NCBI RefSeq assembly: GCF_001194135.2
Contig: NC_069001.1
Location: 31,228,943 to 31,292,942, forward strand
Source: Octopus bimaculoides
Lineage: Eukaryota
DNA length: 64,000 nucleotides
Direction of reading: 5' to 3'
Part shown: in pieces, positions 38,296 to 51,910 of the stretch
Layout of the letters: each line of letters begins with the position of its first letter
Position numbering within the stretch: position 1 is the first letter of the stretch
Program-made: the position numbers and the translations under genes
The notes under the pieces: model-generated
Told to the model about the DNA's origin: nothing
Databases searched by the model: none
The model's input: only the letters and a program-made list of their open reading frames with translations

Positions 38296-39660
38296 TTGAT
38301 AATAATAATAATAATAATGATGATGATGGCGGTAGCGATAGCATTAATAATAATAATAATAAAATGATAATAATAATAATAGTGATGGTAATCATAACAA
38401 CTAGAATTACAACAACAGCAAGAAGAAGAAGAAGAAGACTTATTCCTGAAACAGTAAAGATTACCAGATAATATAATATGCAGAGTAATATTTTCGAATA
38501 ATTTTTTTTTCTTTCTCTTGTTGATATTTCTGTAAACACTATACATGTAGGTAGGTAGGTAGGGAGGGAGGGAGGTAAGGATATAGGTAGGTAGGTAGGT
38601 AGGTGGAGAGGTGTGAAGGTAGGGTGAGGAGGCAAGGAAACTGCAATGTCTTATCTTGCTTTTTTAGCTTTCTTATATTATTTTTTTTATATTTTATGAT
38701 TATTTAATAAATGACGATACTAATAATCATTACCATAAAAATAATAATAATAATAATAATGTGTCTTATCAGTAGTAGTAGTAGTAGTAGTAGTAAGAAT
38801 TACGCCAAAGTTTATTGTGAAACATTTTAAATTTGTTATTGTCGTTGTTATTACCCACATCATCATAAACCGACATCGTCATCATCATCATCATCGTCGT
38901 CGTCATCGTCGTACAACGTATCCCCATCACCATCATCATCATCATGAATATCATCTTTTTTATCATTACCATCATCATCATCATCAGTATCATCTTTTTG
39001 ATCATCATCTTTTACATAATCTTTAATATGATCATTATTGTTATTCTTATTTTGTCGTTGTTATTGTTGAGTTTCTTTTGTATCATTATTAGTATTATTG
39101 TTGCTATCGTTGTTAGTTCTTCTTCTTCTTATTATTATTATTATTATTATAATCAGTGACATTTTTACTATTATTAGCAATATTATTACTGTTGTTATTG
39201 TATTATCACTATCAATATCGTCATTTATATTATTATTCTTATATACCATTATTAATATTATCATTATCTAACTTATTATTATAAACAATAATAATAAAAT
39301 TATATTTATTATTATTTTTATTATTTCATTATAATTACCACTACTACTACTACTACTATTATTATTGTTATTGTTATTATTTTCACAATCATATTCATTA
39401 CTACTAATACTACTATTGTTATTTTCATTATTATTTAGAAACAATTAATAACATCATTGCCTTCATCATCATCATTATCATCAGGATGGTCACTCTCCCC
39501 ACAATATTCATCATCATCACCATTCGCCTCCACCTCCTCCTCCTCATCATCATCATCATCACCACGACCATCAACGCCGCCACCACCATCATCCTCATCA
39601 TCATCATCCTCATCATAATCATCACTACCATCACACTGCCACCACCACCACCACCATAAT
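38296..39660. repeat. Mosaic of degenerate trinucleotide (AAT/CAT/TAG/CAC) and tetranucleotide microsatellites
   Basis: Directly visible; produces poly-I/poly-M/poly-H pseudo-ORFs. Confidence 0.95.
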
Positions 39661-40299
39661 CATTTCCAATTGCTTTTTTCTTCTTTTTTTCATCCGGATA
39701 TTCATCATTATCTAACTTATAATTACCCAGCTTCTCTCATACATCACGTTTCATTCGAAGAAATAAAATTAAGACGGAAAAAGAAAGACGCGCTGTTTAA
39801 ACTAGCAACAGCTTGGTTAAGGAAAGAAACACACACAGAATAACAAAAAAAAACCGAGAGAGAGAAAATTAATAAAATTGTTGAATGTTTGAATAACACA
39901 ATGTGTTTCATAAGAATAATTAGTTTTATGTTATAGACATGTTGGTGGAAGTATTCTAGTTTTAAACAAAATTCTCTCTGTCTTTCTTCCTCTTGCTCTC
40001 TCTCTCTGTGTCTATATATATATATCACTCATTTGTCTCTCTCTCTTTCTCTCTTTCCTTATCATTTGTGTGTTCTCTTTCTCTTTCTCTTATCTTCCTC
40101 CATATATATGCATATAGATAGATAGATAGATTTTGTACGTCTGTATGTATGTGTGTATGTATGTAAATATATAATATATATATATATGTATATATTTATG
40201 CATTATAAACATACATATATATACATATATAATACATACTGTATAATGTATAATTTTATGTGAATACAATATTATATAATATATCATAGACATATATCT

Positions 40300-40350
<51 letters not shown>

Positions 40351-40911
40351 TTTATATATACATTCATACATACATATATCTACATGTAGAGTCACATTGA
40401 TATATATATATGAGAGAGGGGGAGGAGAGAATTTATATCTACATTAGATATAAACGTGTCTTATATTTATTAAATACTTATTAAATATGTATAAATAGCT
40501 TTGTGTGAGAAATAGAAAAGACAGTGATCTGCATATATCTACGTATAAATGAAGTTCTTATCATTTTGCCATAAATTAATTTTCTTCTACTCCTCTCCTC
40601 TCTGATTTCTATCTTTTATTTTTTAGTTTTCTCCTTCCTTCCTCATTCTTCTTCTTCTTAATCTTCTTAACATACGTTTCCTTATCACTTTGCGGTTCCA
40701 AGCTTACAAGTCTGTAGATCTTCGTGCATCATTAGACCTCTGAGAAACAGTATGTGCGCTAACTTTGGTGGACATTCGGTCTTGGAAATGAACCCAGGTT
40801 TTAAAAAAATAGCAACATACACCTGACAGTCAAACCGTTTGTGGTGGTCAGCTTTAAAGAGGGCTACGATACAACGCTTTCTAACAGATTCTTGAAATTT
40901 GGACGACATAC

Positions 40912-40949
40912 CTGTTGAGTACGGCATACAAAAGGCTCTCGGAACAATC
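40912..40949 (-). CDS. Candidate internal exon (38 nt), product unknown
   Basis: GATTTTCTAG|GATTG...CAACAG|GTATGT; phase 2-1 reads IVPRAFCMPYST; lies in a 95-codon non-repeat ORF. Confidence 0.25.
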
Positions 40950-42523
40950 CTAGAAAATCTCACATCACACACACGATCTCACTCTATGTGTGAGTTCGTG
41001 TGTATATAGGTATCTGTGTATATATGTGTTATCATCATCTCTAAAAATAAAGTGTCCAGCAAACATAATTCAAATAAACGAAATATAATAAAATGTCAGG
41101 GTACAATACGTGCATGTTTGCTTGAAAGAGGAGTCTATGATCTTTCTTCTGTATTTTATTAAATGTATTTTACAAGTGGGTAGACCGTTTCGGAGAAATA
41201 TGTTTGCTATATTCTCCGTGCGTGTTTACATATAGTGAGAGATGCGTGGTTTTGGAGGGTTTTAATTCTTCTTTCAAGCAAACAGGTAAATATGGCAACC
41301 CGAATTTTTATTATGTATATATGTATATATATGTGTGTATATATATGTGTGTGTGCTAGTATGTATGTATTTTTGTGATTTTAACAAATCACTCAGTAAT
41401 CTAGAGAAAGCTGGTTTCCAACCTGAAACAAGGCTCTTCCACTGGAATTTACCCCAAATCAACTATACGCGTATGGATTTCAAACCCTTCCTCGCTCTCT
41501 CCTCCATTTCTGCTTCCATCACTGCCATTTCCCCTAAGATGCGTTACATATGCACACAACTCCCAATTTCTTCCTCTCTTCTTAATTTCTCCCTTCAGAC
41601 TCTCATTCCAACCCCACCTAACACCTTTTTTTTCCTCTTTCCTGATTTCTGCTAGCCTTCTTTTTTTTCTTTGCTCTTTTCTGTCTTAAAGGACGCAATT
41701 ACCGAAACGTCGAATCCAATTTTTCTTTTGCACTATTTTCTCATTCAATAGAATATATGTGTGTGTGTGTGTGTGTGTGTGGATACGTACATATATGTAT
41801 ACATATATTCGTAAAATATATATATAAATATATATATATATATGTGTGTGTGTGTACACGCGTGCGTGTGTGTAAATATATGTAAATATATATATGTATT
41901 TATGTATGTATAATTTTGTCGACAAGTATATGTTAATTCGTAATGTAGATTACATTGTATTGTTAATTTTATCAGGAATTCGGATTTCTTATCTTGTTCA
42001 TACCCACACACATATATTTGTGTATGTGTTTTTGTGCTTTTGTGCTTATATATGTGTGCGTGTGTGTGTATTCTATGAAAGTGTGCGTGTGCGTAGGTGT
42101 GTTCGTGTATGAGTGTGCATGTGTCCGTGTGTGCGCGCGCTCGTGCGTGTGTTATGCCTCGTCTTGTTTTTTTTTTTTCTGAATATATTTCCAGCTTGTT
42201 CCTTATTTTTCTTACTTCTATATCTCTTGCACATTTATTCATTAAGTGCTTGTGTCTGTATATATNNNNNNNNNNNNNNNNNNNNNNNNNNNNNNNNNNN
42301 NNNNNNNNNNNNNNNNNNNNNNNNNNNNNNNNNNNNNNNNNNNNNNNNNNNNNNNNNNNNNNNNNNNNNNNNNNNNNNNNNNNNNNNNNNNNNNNNNNNN
42401 NNNNNNNNNNNNNNNNNNNNNNNNNNNNNNNNNNNNNNNNNNNNNNNNNNNNNNNNNNNNNNNNNNNNNNNNNNNNNNNNNNNNNNNNNNNNNNNNNNNN
42501 NNNNNNNNNNNNNNNNNNNNNNN

Positions 42524-42565
<42 letters not shown>

Positions 42566-43206
42566 TATATAAATATATATATTTATAAATATATATGTAT
42601 ACATATGCGTACATATATGCATACACATACATATATGCATACATATAAATATATATGTATAATGCCTATATATAAATATATATATGTATTATGTTTCTAT
42701 ATATATATGTGCGTGTGTCTTTGAATATATGTATATACATATTCATATATACATTCATATGCATCTGTGTGCATCATGAGTGGTGTATGTAGTTGAGGGT
42801 ACACACACTGTTCCCGCCTACATAAATATGTCGTGTATGATTTTTTCTTTCTTTGTGATCGTTGTATTAGCGGTTTTGATTTTCTGTTACGATTCCACAA
42901 ATATTAAGATGATAACGTTGATTCGTGAAATCTGTTGATAAGTCACAGATTAGAATCCGTAGAATGTTGCTATCGCAAGCAAACATTGCGATAGGTCTAC
43001 TGTACAATATATTATCAAAGTTAGTAAACTAAGTGGTTTATATGAACAGTCAGAGTTTGTTAATAAATTTCGCCGCTTCCTTGATGTATAGTTATTTGGG
43101 TGATACACAATTATACACATATTTCAACTAACCTAAATTCTGCTCACGCCTAAACACTGCTTAGCGCTAATACTTTGTTTGATATATATATATATATATA
43201 TATATA

Positions 43207-43461
43207 TAGTGTACATTTAAACGCATGAGACGTCCATCATAGGAATCTTGCACGCTAGAAAGAATAGTTAAATTCCAAACCACTATTTAGGGATAAAACT
43301 TCAGAGAGAATGAAAAATAAATGTTTCCAGCCTGGTAAATGTTTTTATTTTTCATTCCCTTCGAAGTTTTATCCCTAAATAGTGGTTTGAAATTTAACTA
43401 TTCTTTCTAGCGTGCAAGGATTCCTATGCTAGACGCCTCTTAGGTGTTTAAATGTACACTG
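43207..43461. mobile_element. Palindromic Tc1/mariner-type MITE with TA TSD
   Basis: Almost the whole 255 bp folds back; termini (T/C)AGTGTACATTTAAAC...GTTTAAATGTACACTG flanked by TA on both sides. Confidence 0.9.
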
Positions 43462-44825
43462 TATTTATATGAATAATATATAGTCTATTGACTAAATTTT
43501 ACACGCTAGGCCACTGGTAGTAGAAATTTTTAATATTTCCCATTACCCTTGATATATNNNNNNNNNNNNNNNNNNNNNNNNNNNNNNNNNNNNNNNNNNN
43601 NNNNNNNNNNNNNNNNNNNNNNNNNNNNNNNNNNNNNNNNNNNNNNNNNNNNNNNNNNNNNNNNNNNNNNNNNNNNNNNNNNNNNNNNNNNNNNNNNNNN
43701 NNNNNNNNNNNNNNNNNNNNNNNNNNNNNNNNNNNNNNNNNNNNNNNNNNNNNNNNNNNNNNNNNNNNNNNNNNNNNNNNNNNNNNNNNNNNNNNNNNNN
43801 NNNNNNNNNNNNNNNNNNNNNNNNNNNNNNNNNNNNNNNNNNNNNNNNNNNNNNNNNNNNNNNNNNNNNNNNNNNNNNNNNNNNNNNNNNNNNNNNNNNN
43901 NNNNNNNNNNNNNNNNNNNNNNNNNNNNNNNNNNNNNNNNNNNNNNNNNNNNNNNNNNNNNNNNNNNNNNNNNNNNNNNNNNNNNNNNNNNNNNNNNNNN
44001 NNNNNNNNNNNNNNNNNNNNNNNNNNNNNNNNNNNNNNNNNNNNNNNNNNNNNNNNNNNNNNNNNNNNNNNNNNNNNNNNNNNNNNNNNNNNNNNNNNNN
44101 NNNNNNNNNNNNNNNNNNNNNNNNNNNNNNNNNNNNNNNNNNNNNNNNNNNNNNNNNNNNNNNNNNNNNNNNNNNNNNNNNNNNNNNNNNNNNNNNNNNN
44201 NNNNNNNNNNNNNNNNNNNNNNNNNNNNNNNNNNNNNNNNNNNNNNNNNNNNNTACATATATATATATATATAATTAACATAACAGGGTAAAAATTTGAT
44301 ATTAATTAATAGCAATTCAATACCAGGAAACCAGCACATTAACAGAATCAGAAGATTCAGAAAAAAATTTCTGAGATCTCAAAAGGATTATATTTATATA
44401 TAAAAAAGACCACTAAGTGGACTGGTAATGTGCTAGAAGAAGATCACTTTAAGTGATCTTTTTATATATAAATATATATATATATAATTAAATGAGGCAG
44501 CTAGTTAGCAGAATTTTACCTAAACATTAGATGTCATTTAGTATGACCGAGGGTGTTAAAACACCTACATTGCTAGAAATGAAGGGCTCTGTTGCTACTG
44601 CCAACCCGCATATAATTGCATACATATATTGTATACACAAACTTGTATGTATGTGTATATATATAATTCAGACACACACATATACACGCCGCACACGTAT
44701 ATATTCATGTGTGTGTGTGTGTGTCTGTATGTGTGCGTGTGTTCACAAAATACGTGTTATATTATTGTGGATGTGCAGGCTGAACACAGACAATCGGTAG
44801 CTACACATGTAAAACAAGAAGTTAC

Positions 44826-44985
44826 CTTTCTTTGTTGACAATGTTTTCATCTAATATTAATGTCTGCAATATTTGAGAACAAAAACCCAGCTGAACTTTA
44901 AAATATTCTTTCACATCGTATATAAGAAACGGAACTGGAACTTGGCCAGACATTTTGCTTGTTGGCACTGAACGATAAATTGTGG
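44826..44985 (-). CDS. Candidate exon (160 nt), product unknown
   Basis: TTTTTGTTTTTTTCAG|CCAC...GAAAG|GTAACT; only one frame open throughout (ATIYRSVPTSKMSGQVPVPFLIYDVKEYFKVQLGFCSQILQTLILDENIVNKE). Confidence 0.4.
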
Positions 44986-46728
44986 CTGAAAAAAACAAAA
45001 ACACCACCTGAAATTTCAGACCGAAAACACAAACATTTCATAAGTTTTCTGTCTTACCCTTTTGTCTTATAACAAGAAATCTATGTACAGCCGTATCGAT
45101 TTTGTTTCTATCCTAATGTCAAAGTCAGCCTTAAAACTGTACATTTGTCTGTTTCTGTTACCTGATAATCGGGTGTTTCATTACTTATATATTTAGAAGA
45201 CAATGAACACAAAAAGACAACACGGGAGGTATAAGTTTTAACATTTGTATTAATTTAACGCTTCAAATGAAGAGGAAGTATCTTGGCGTCTCGGACGCTA
45301 ATCTTTCTTCAGAATAAAGATCGAAAAGAAACTAATAAATAATTGCTGGATTTTTTTGTTCTTCTTTATCTGCTCGACAGACAATGTAAATTGATCTGAA
45401 GTTGGGGTGGATTGGAATTTAGTCTTTGCTTAAAAATCCCGAGAGTATAAATAGCACAAATGAAGAGGTTTGGTGGGATTTTTAAGTCATGAATTTTATA
45501 TACTCCGGTTAGTTGTGCCTTCATTAGAGGTCATAATCTGTTGTTGTTTAAGACAATCAGATGAAAGATTGTTCTGCTTCGAATACCGACTAATGTAATG
45601 TGATGGGCCCATGAATTTTCAAGATCATTTCACTTTGAAATTACACAGTCCATTTAACCGTAATTGTGCCACATTTCATATACACATATAAATATACATA
45701 CAGACATGCAATTATTTATCCACCCCAACTGCTATTGAAACGATCGTAACCGGATAATGAATGTGATGCTAATATCTACATACCTTTATTTGTTATATAT
45801 ATAATTCAGTTAGAGGTTATGTTAGCCTAATGAAGGGATGGTGTCATTCAAGGAAATACAAAATATCTAAGAAACCATTTTTTCAGAGATTATGCTCAGA
45901 AACATGATTTTAATATTTAATTAATTTCTCTTCGTGTAACTGAAACAACTGTAAGGAATAATGATCGATTTGCTGCTGATAGTAAACTCTTATTAACTTC
46001 AATATTTCCATTTTCTTCTTCTTCATATATGTACATATATATAATATATATTATATATGTGCATATATATATAATTGTTCATTAAATAAGATCATATTAT
46101 GGGTTAAAAACTCTGTACTCCACCCACCCCACTATCTCTCTCTCTCTTTCTATCTATCTCTTTCTATCTCTCTCTATCTCTCTCTTTCTATCTCTCTTTC
46201 TCTCTCTCTCTCTCTACATCTTCAACCCAATATCGTCTGCATTTTATTGGAAATAAAGTATCATGGTCATCATAATAATCATCGTGATATTCATCGTATT
46301 TGTCGCCATCGTCGTCGCCGCCGCCATCATTACCACCACCACCATTATCGTCATCACCGCCACCACCACGGTCATCATGATCACTATCCTCATCATCATC
46401 ACCACCACCACCACCACCAATAACACCATTATCATCACTACCACCATCATCGTCATCATCATCATCGTCGTCGTGTTCGCTGATCTACAATGTTGGAAGC
46501 GATTTTGTGTTAAAGCTCCACTCTGACGTTTACAAGCTGAATGGCTGTCATGTTAATGTAAATGAATAGTGAGAGACTGTCGATCACATTTATTGATTTT
46601 AATCAGTGAGATAAGAATATTAACTTCACTTCCTTTCCAATGAACCGGGCTAGAACCTGTGTATGTCGTCTGTGTGTGTATGTGTGTACGCGAGAGCACA
46701 CGTATATGTGTAAATACATATATAGGTG

Positions 46729-46773
<45 letters not shown>

Positions 46774-47114
46774 NNNNNNNNNNNNNNNNNNNNNNNNNNN
46801 NNNNNNNNNNNNNNNNNNNNNNNNNNNNNNNNNNNNNNNNNNNNNNNNNNNNNNNNNNNNNNNNNNNNNNNNNNNNNNNNNNNNNNNNNNNNNNNNNNNN
46901 NNNNNNNNNNNNNNNNNNNNNNNNNNNNNNNNNNNNNNNNNNNNNNNNNNNNNNNNNNNNNNNNNNNNNNNNNNNNNNNNNNNNNNNNNNNNNNNNNNNN
47001 NNNNNNNNNNNNNNNNNNNNNNNNNNNNNNNNNNNNNNNNNNNNNNNNNNNNNNNNNNNNNNNNNNNNNNNNNNNNNNNNNNNNNNNNNNNNNNNNNNNN
47101 NNNNNNNNNNNNNN

Positions 47115-47148
<34 letters not shown>

Positions 47149-47771
47149 ACAGAGAGAGAGAAAGAAAGTGTTCAGCAAGATTTTTCACTGTAGTTAACAG
47201 AGTGTTCATAAAGAATAGGAAAAACAAAGAATTGCCAAATACGTTGACAGCCGTTGTAGCAGCAACCAACTACAACGACGAGCCAGTGAGTGGTTTGCGT
47301 GATTCTGTGTGCAGTTAGTTCTAGAACTACAAGAATTCACAGCTATATCGGCCAGGAATTCTATTCTGCAGCCTGAAAACAAAAATATTTGATGATATAA
47401 TCTTATATATATGAACGCTAGTGGTGTATATATATTTGTGAGTGTGTTCGTGTGTGTCTGTGTGTTTGTTTCTGTGTTTAAAGTTATATTATATGCATGA
47501 GCATTTAACAGCATTCTTTGTATTTTATTGATAAACACCGAAGAGGCGTTTTTAAAAGAGTACATAACATACTTTTAACAAGCAGTTACAGAAACCTGGT
47601 GTTAAGTTGCCGAAACACATGCATATTTTACCATATATGTTTTCTATATTTTATTTATACCATATACATGTATATATGTGTGCTTGTGTATGTGTTTGTA
47701 TATGTATGCATATATACTTTAATTGAAAAGACGGTGACGAATGAAAATTCTGTAAATAATAATAGCTTTAA

Positions 47772-47820
<49 letters not shown>

Positions 47821-48144
47821 TATTGTCATCATTATTATACATGTGTGTGTGTATGTGTGTGTGCGTGTGTGTGTCACCTAGGCTTGGGACAAGAATGGGA
47901 TGGGTTTTATCTGAAGTGTCATCGAGTACTTTGATCGTACGTCTGATTGCTAAGGATTAAACTTCCATCGAGGACAAGAACGACATCCTTATCAAAATCA
48001 ATAACTGTTACTACTACTTCTACAAGTACTACTACTACTAATAATAATAATAATAATACTGTACCAGCGGTAATGTTGTTTTAGTGTGTTCCCACATGAT
48101 AAACTTCATATTTCAACAGGTGGTCGTGTGTTGATGAATAGTGC

Positions 48145-48345
48145 CAGTAATGTAGCTGTGTGTTAAGAAATTTGCTACTTAACCACATGGTTTAGAGTTC
48201 GGTCCCACTGCGTAACACGTTGCCCAAGTATCTTCTACCACAACTGTGGGCTGGTTAAACTCTTGTAAGTGGATTTTGTAAACGATAACTGAATGAAGCC
48301 TATCATGTATGTGCGCGTGTATGTCTGTGCGTGTGTTGGCGTCAC
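48145..48345 (+). mobile_element. SINE family A 5' half
   Basis: Head motifs, ending in a TG tract. Confidence 0.75.
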
Positions 48346-48351
48346 ATTGCA

Positions 48352-48660
48352 GAGCAAGAATACCAACGCCTGGCTTCCACGACACGCGAGAGTCAATCAT
48401 ATCATAAGAACCATCAAGAAGAACAAATATAGATGGGCTGGCCACATCGCACAACTGAAGGACAACAGATGGTCAGTCAGAGAGACGAAATGGACAGCAA
48501 GAGAATGGACAAGATCAAGAGGCCTACCAAAGACAAGACGGCGAGATGATCTCACCAGTTAACTGGGGCCTATGTGACTCCGATTGCCCAGAGACAGAGT
48601 GAAGGAAGGAATCTAGAGAAAGGTTCCTCCCTCAGGCGCGATGAAGCCCTAGATATTGAA
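48352..48660 (+). mobile_element. RTE-clade LINE ORF2 3' fragment
   Basis: NHIIRTIKKNKYRWAGHIAQLKDNRWS...WTRSRGLPKTRRRDDL, the classic RTE WAGHI/R.RGRP..RW.DD signature. Confidence 0.9.
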
Positions 48661-48714
48661 GGCCGATTTAAATACTAAAGAGTTAAGGTTGGTTAATTTC
48701 TTTTTCTGTAGCTC

Positions 48715-48980
48715 TAGAATTTAAAAGGCCAGTTACCGGCTTCTATGAAGTATCAATGACCAGGATCACAACATTCCTCCTGAATGTGACTCGGGTCCGT
48801 TGGCGGGTTCAAGTTTAACAATTTTAAAGAGAAGAGGATATCGACCCCTTGATTGATACAAAAGGATGAAAGGCAATGTTGACCTCGTGGGGATTTGAAC
48901 AAAGAAAGGAAAAGTGACGGGAAAAAATGTCACTAATTATTTTGTCCGACGTACTAATGATTCTACCAGCTTGCTGCCTT
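48715..48980 (-). mobile_element. Diverged SINE family B
   Basis: GGATGAAAGGCAA.GTTGACCTCG and TTCTACCAGCTTGCTGCCTT reverse motifs. Confidence 0.7.
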
Positions 48981-49424
48981 ATAAAGACGGTTAATGGATA
49001 TTACTTAAAGTACCCCAAATGTCCCTAAATATACCCCTTTAATGCTAGTGAATGCAAGATGCTTAAAGCCTTCTATTGTCCCACCAAAATACCCGTTTCA
49101 AGTCCCTAAACGTCTGACAATATTTCTTTGTATATAATTAGCAGAAAAAACTTTATTTATAAGTCCTTCAGTTTCCATCAGTCATCTACTTGTCTTCTCG
49201 TTCCAAATTTGTTAGTGTACATCGCTTGCAGTACGTCAAGACTTCCCATTTCCGCCATCATTAGTCTGAAAGAGAATGTCGCTTAAATATCATCAATGCC
49301 TCCATCTTCACCACCACAAACGATCTCTTAATGACACTTCATTGAATGTCTCTTAATGACACTATATTGCTCTCTGCAATCCCAGACTCTTCTGTTTAAA
49401 TTTAGAAAAGGAGGACATTTAATG

Positions 49425-49675
49425 TGGAGGCGTGTGGTTCAGTGGTGAAGGTGTTAGAATCATGATCGTAGAATTGTGGTTTCAAATCCTGAACCGGGCG
49501 ATGCGTTGAGTTCTTCAGCAAAACACTTCATTTTACGTTGCCCCAGTGCTATCAGCCAGCAAAAATAATTAGTTCTGCGATGGATGAACCGGCGTCCCAT
49601 CCGGTGTGTAAATACGCCACGGAAACAGGGAAACCGACCCGCATGAATCCATAGGGCTCGAGAAGAATGCTTTAT
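49425..49675 (+). mobile_element. tRNA-derived SINE family D with V-domain-like core
   Basis: TGGTTCAGTGG...GGTTTCAAATCC head; CTGCGATGGA...GGCGTCCCATCC core; homologous copy at 57768-58020. Confidence 0.75.
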
Positions 49676-49969
49676 ATTTATTATCATTTATGACGTTTGC
49701 TACTTTTCAAATTTCCTCACTCTGCAATGCTTAAATGTTGTACAAATTCCATCAACGGTTCTTAATCTCCACCGCTTTTGATCAGCAAGAAGACATCGCA
49801 CAAAAACTTTCTTCAACGTATCTAGTTATTCACAATTTAAGAGTAATTAAAAGATGTTCTTTAAGTCTTTCGATATTGCTCAGTTCTGTCCCTTGAGGGC
49901 AACAATTAGTGTCCGCTAGAGAACATTCGATGTCTCACAATCCCCAGTGTTGAAGGTCACTTATGTGTT

Positions 49970-50510
49970 AGTCGTTTAAAGATCGCCTCTGTCCCTCAGT
50001 CTTCGTCGTTGAAGATCGCCTCTGTCCCTCAGTCTTCGTCGTTGAAGCTATCCAACGCTTTGACTGTTTAAACATCGGCAATATCCATCAATTTCCGCTG
50101 CTTAAGGTCTCCCATATCTGTCAGTCTCCACTACTTTAAGATCAACTCACTGAATGATCTTAAACATCGACCAAGTGCGTCAATCTTCGTTGCGTAAGGT
50201 CATCATGTGCACATCGCCAATGTCCGCCAGTCTCCGCTGTTTAAGCTCTCCAATGGTTTAACTGCTTAAACATCAGCAATGTCTGTCAATTTCCGCTGCT
50301 TAAGGTTTCCAACATCTCTCACTCTCCACCGTTTAATATCAACCATGGGTTGACCATTTAGACATTGATAACGTCCGTCAATCTTAGTTGCTTAATGTCA
50401 CCGTTTAAACATCACCAATTTCCGCCAGTTTCAGCTACTTAAGGCCACCAATGGGTTGACCATTTAAATAAACTATGTCCGTCAATCTCTGCTGTTTAAT
50501 AACGACAAAT
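49970..50510. repeat. Degenerate 33-bp minisatellite with higher-order structure
   Basis: Perfect duplicate unit AAGATCGCCTCTGTCCCTCAGTCTTCGTCGTTG at 49979-50044; related units continue to about 50510. Confidence 0.85.
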
Positions 50511-51250
50511 GTATTTATTCTGTAGAGATTTCAAAACATGAAAGGAGAAAGGAAAAGAAAAATGACATAACAAAAATGATACATTAAAATAAGACAGAAT
50601 TATCGAAAGATAACACACATACACACACGCACACACAAGCGGAGGCGCACGCTCATACACGATAATAAATAAAAGATGAGACAGTGTTGCTTAGAAAAGG
50701 TTCAGGTAAAGATAATTCAAAGATAATGCCAAACATATTTATTGTGATTCAAGATTGAAACGATACTAGTTATACACGAAACTAGAGACAGACAAGAACG
50801 AAACGAAACATCTTTTATAACAGAAAGAAAACCAGATTAGACAACGCAGCGAAAAGAAAACGCGGTGATAGGGAGAGTAGCGCTGAGAGGAAAAGAGGAG
50901 AGGAGAGAGGAGAAGATAGGAGACAATGTAATATTACAGTAATAGGAGATAAAGATCGGAATAAGGCATAATAATAAACCAGTTCAGCGAGTATTCAGCC
51001 ATAGAAAACTTCGTCAAACAATAGAAAATGGTTAAATCGTTAATATGAAAGCGAAAAATGAACGATGCGGAATTATCTTGTTGCAAATAAGGGAAAATAA
51101 AATAAAATAAACGTAAGATTCATTAACAACAGACAAAAGATTCTTGTTTAGAGAGGAAATAGATGACGACACGCTTGTTTTCTCATTTTCCTTCTGTCTT
51201 TCTTTCTCTCTTTTTCCCCATTAATTATTATCATTATCATTATTATTATC

Positions 51251-51302
<52 letters not shown>

Positions 51303-51432
51303 CTAAGGGCGACGAGCTAGCAGAATTGTTAGTGTCCGATCGGAAAAAATTGCTTTTGTGCTATTTGTTCCGGCTTTTTTTCTTACACTGAATTCCTACA
51401 TACGTTGACACACGCTTATGCAGATGTGTATG

Positions 51433-51467
<35 letters not shown>

Positions 51468-51549
51468 AGTGTGTGTGTAATATTATGTATATATAATATA
51501 TATATGTGTGTGTGTTTAGTGTGTGTGTGTGTAATATTATGTATATATG

Positions 51550-51583
<34 letters not shown>

Positions 51584-51910
51584 AGTGTGTGTGTGTAATA
51601 TGTATATATAATATATATATATGTGTGTGTGTAGTGTGTGTGTGTGTGTAATATGTATATATAATATATATATATACATATATAAAAACACATATACACA
51701 CACACATATATATACACACAAACACATACACATACACACACATACACATGTATGTATGTATGTATGTATGTGTCTATGTATATGTGTATGTATCACAGTT
51801 GAAATAATTATAGTGTTAGAGTACTGACGGTGGAAATCAGAACGCTTCCTCTCAGCGCTGCCTAAACACTTTCTGTCTGAGTACATACACACGGATCCAT
51901 ACAAACTCAC

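Noticed and set aside
40685-40972. DHHKRFD in the 95-aa ORF resembling the LINE RT D..KAFD motif
   Set aside because: No other RT motifs at the expected spacing.
44390-44475. Small AT-rich inverted repeat with GACCACT/AGTGATC cores
   Set aside because: Mostly low-complexity AT; insufficient to call an element.
47170-47270. Minus-strand AVNVFGNSLFFLFF...NLA resembling GPCR TM1-TM2
   Set aside because: GN-to-NLA spacing too short, an in-frame stop just upstream, and it runs into microsatellite.
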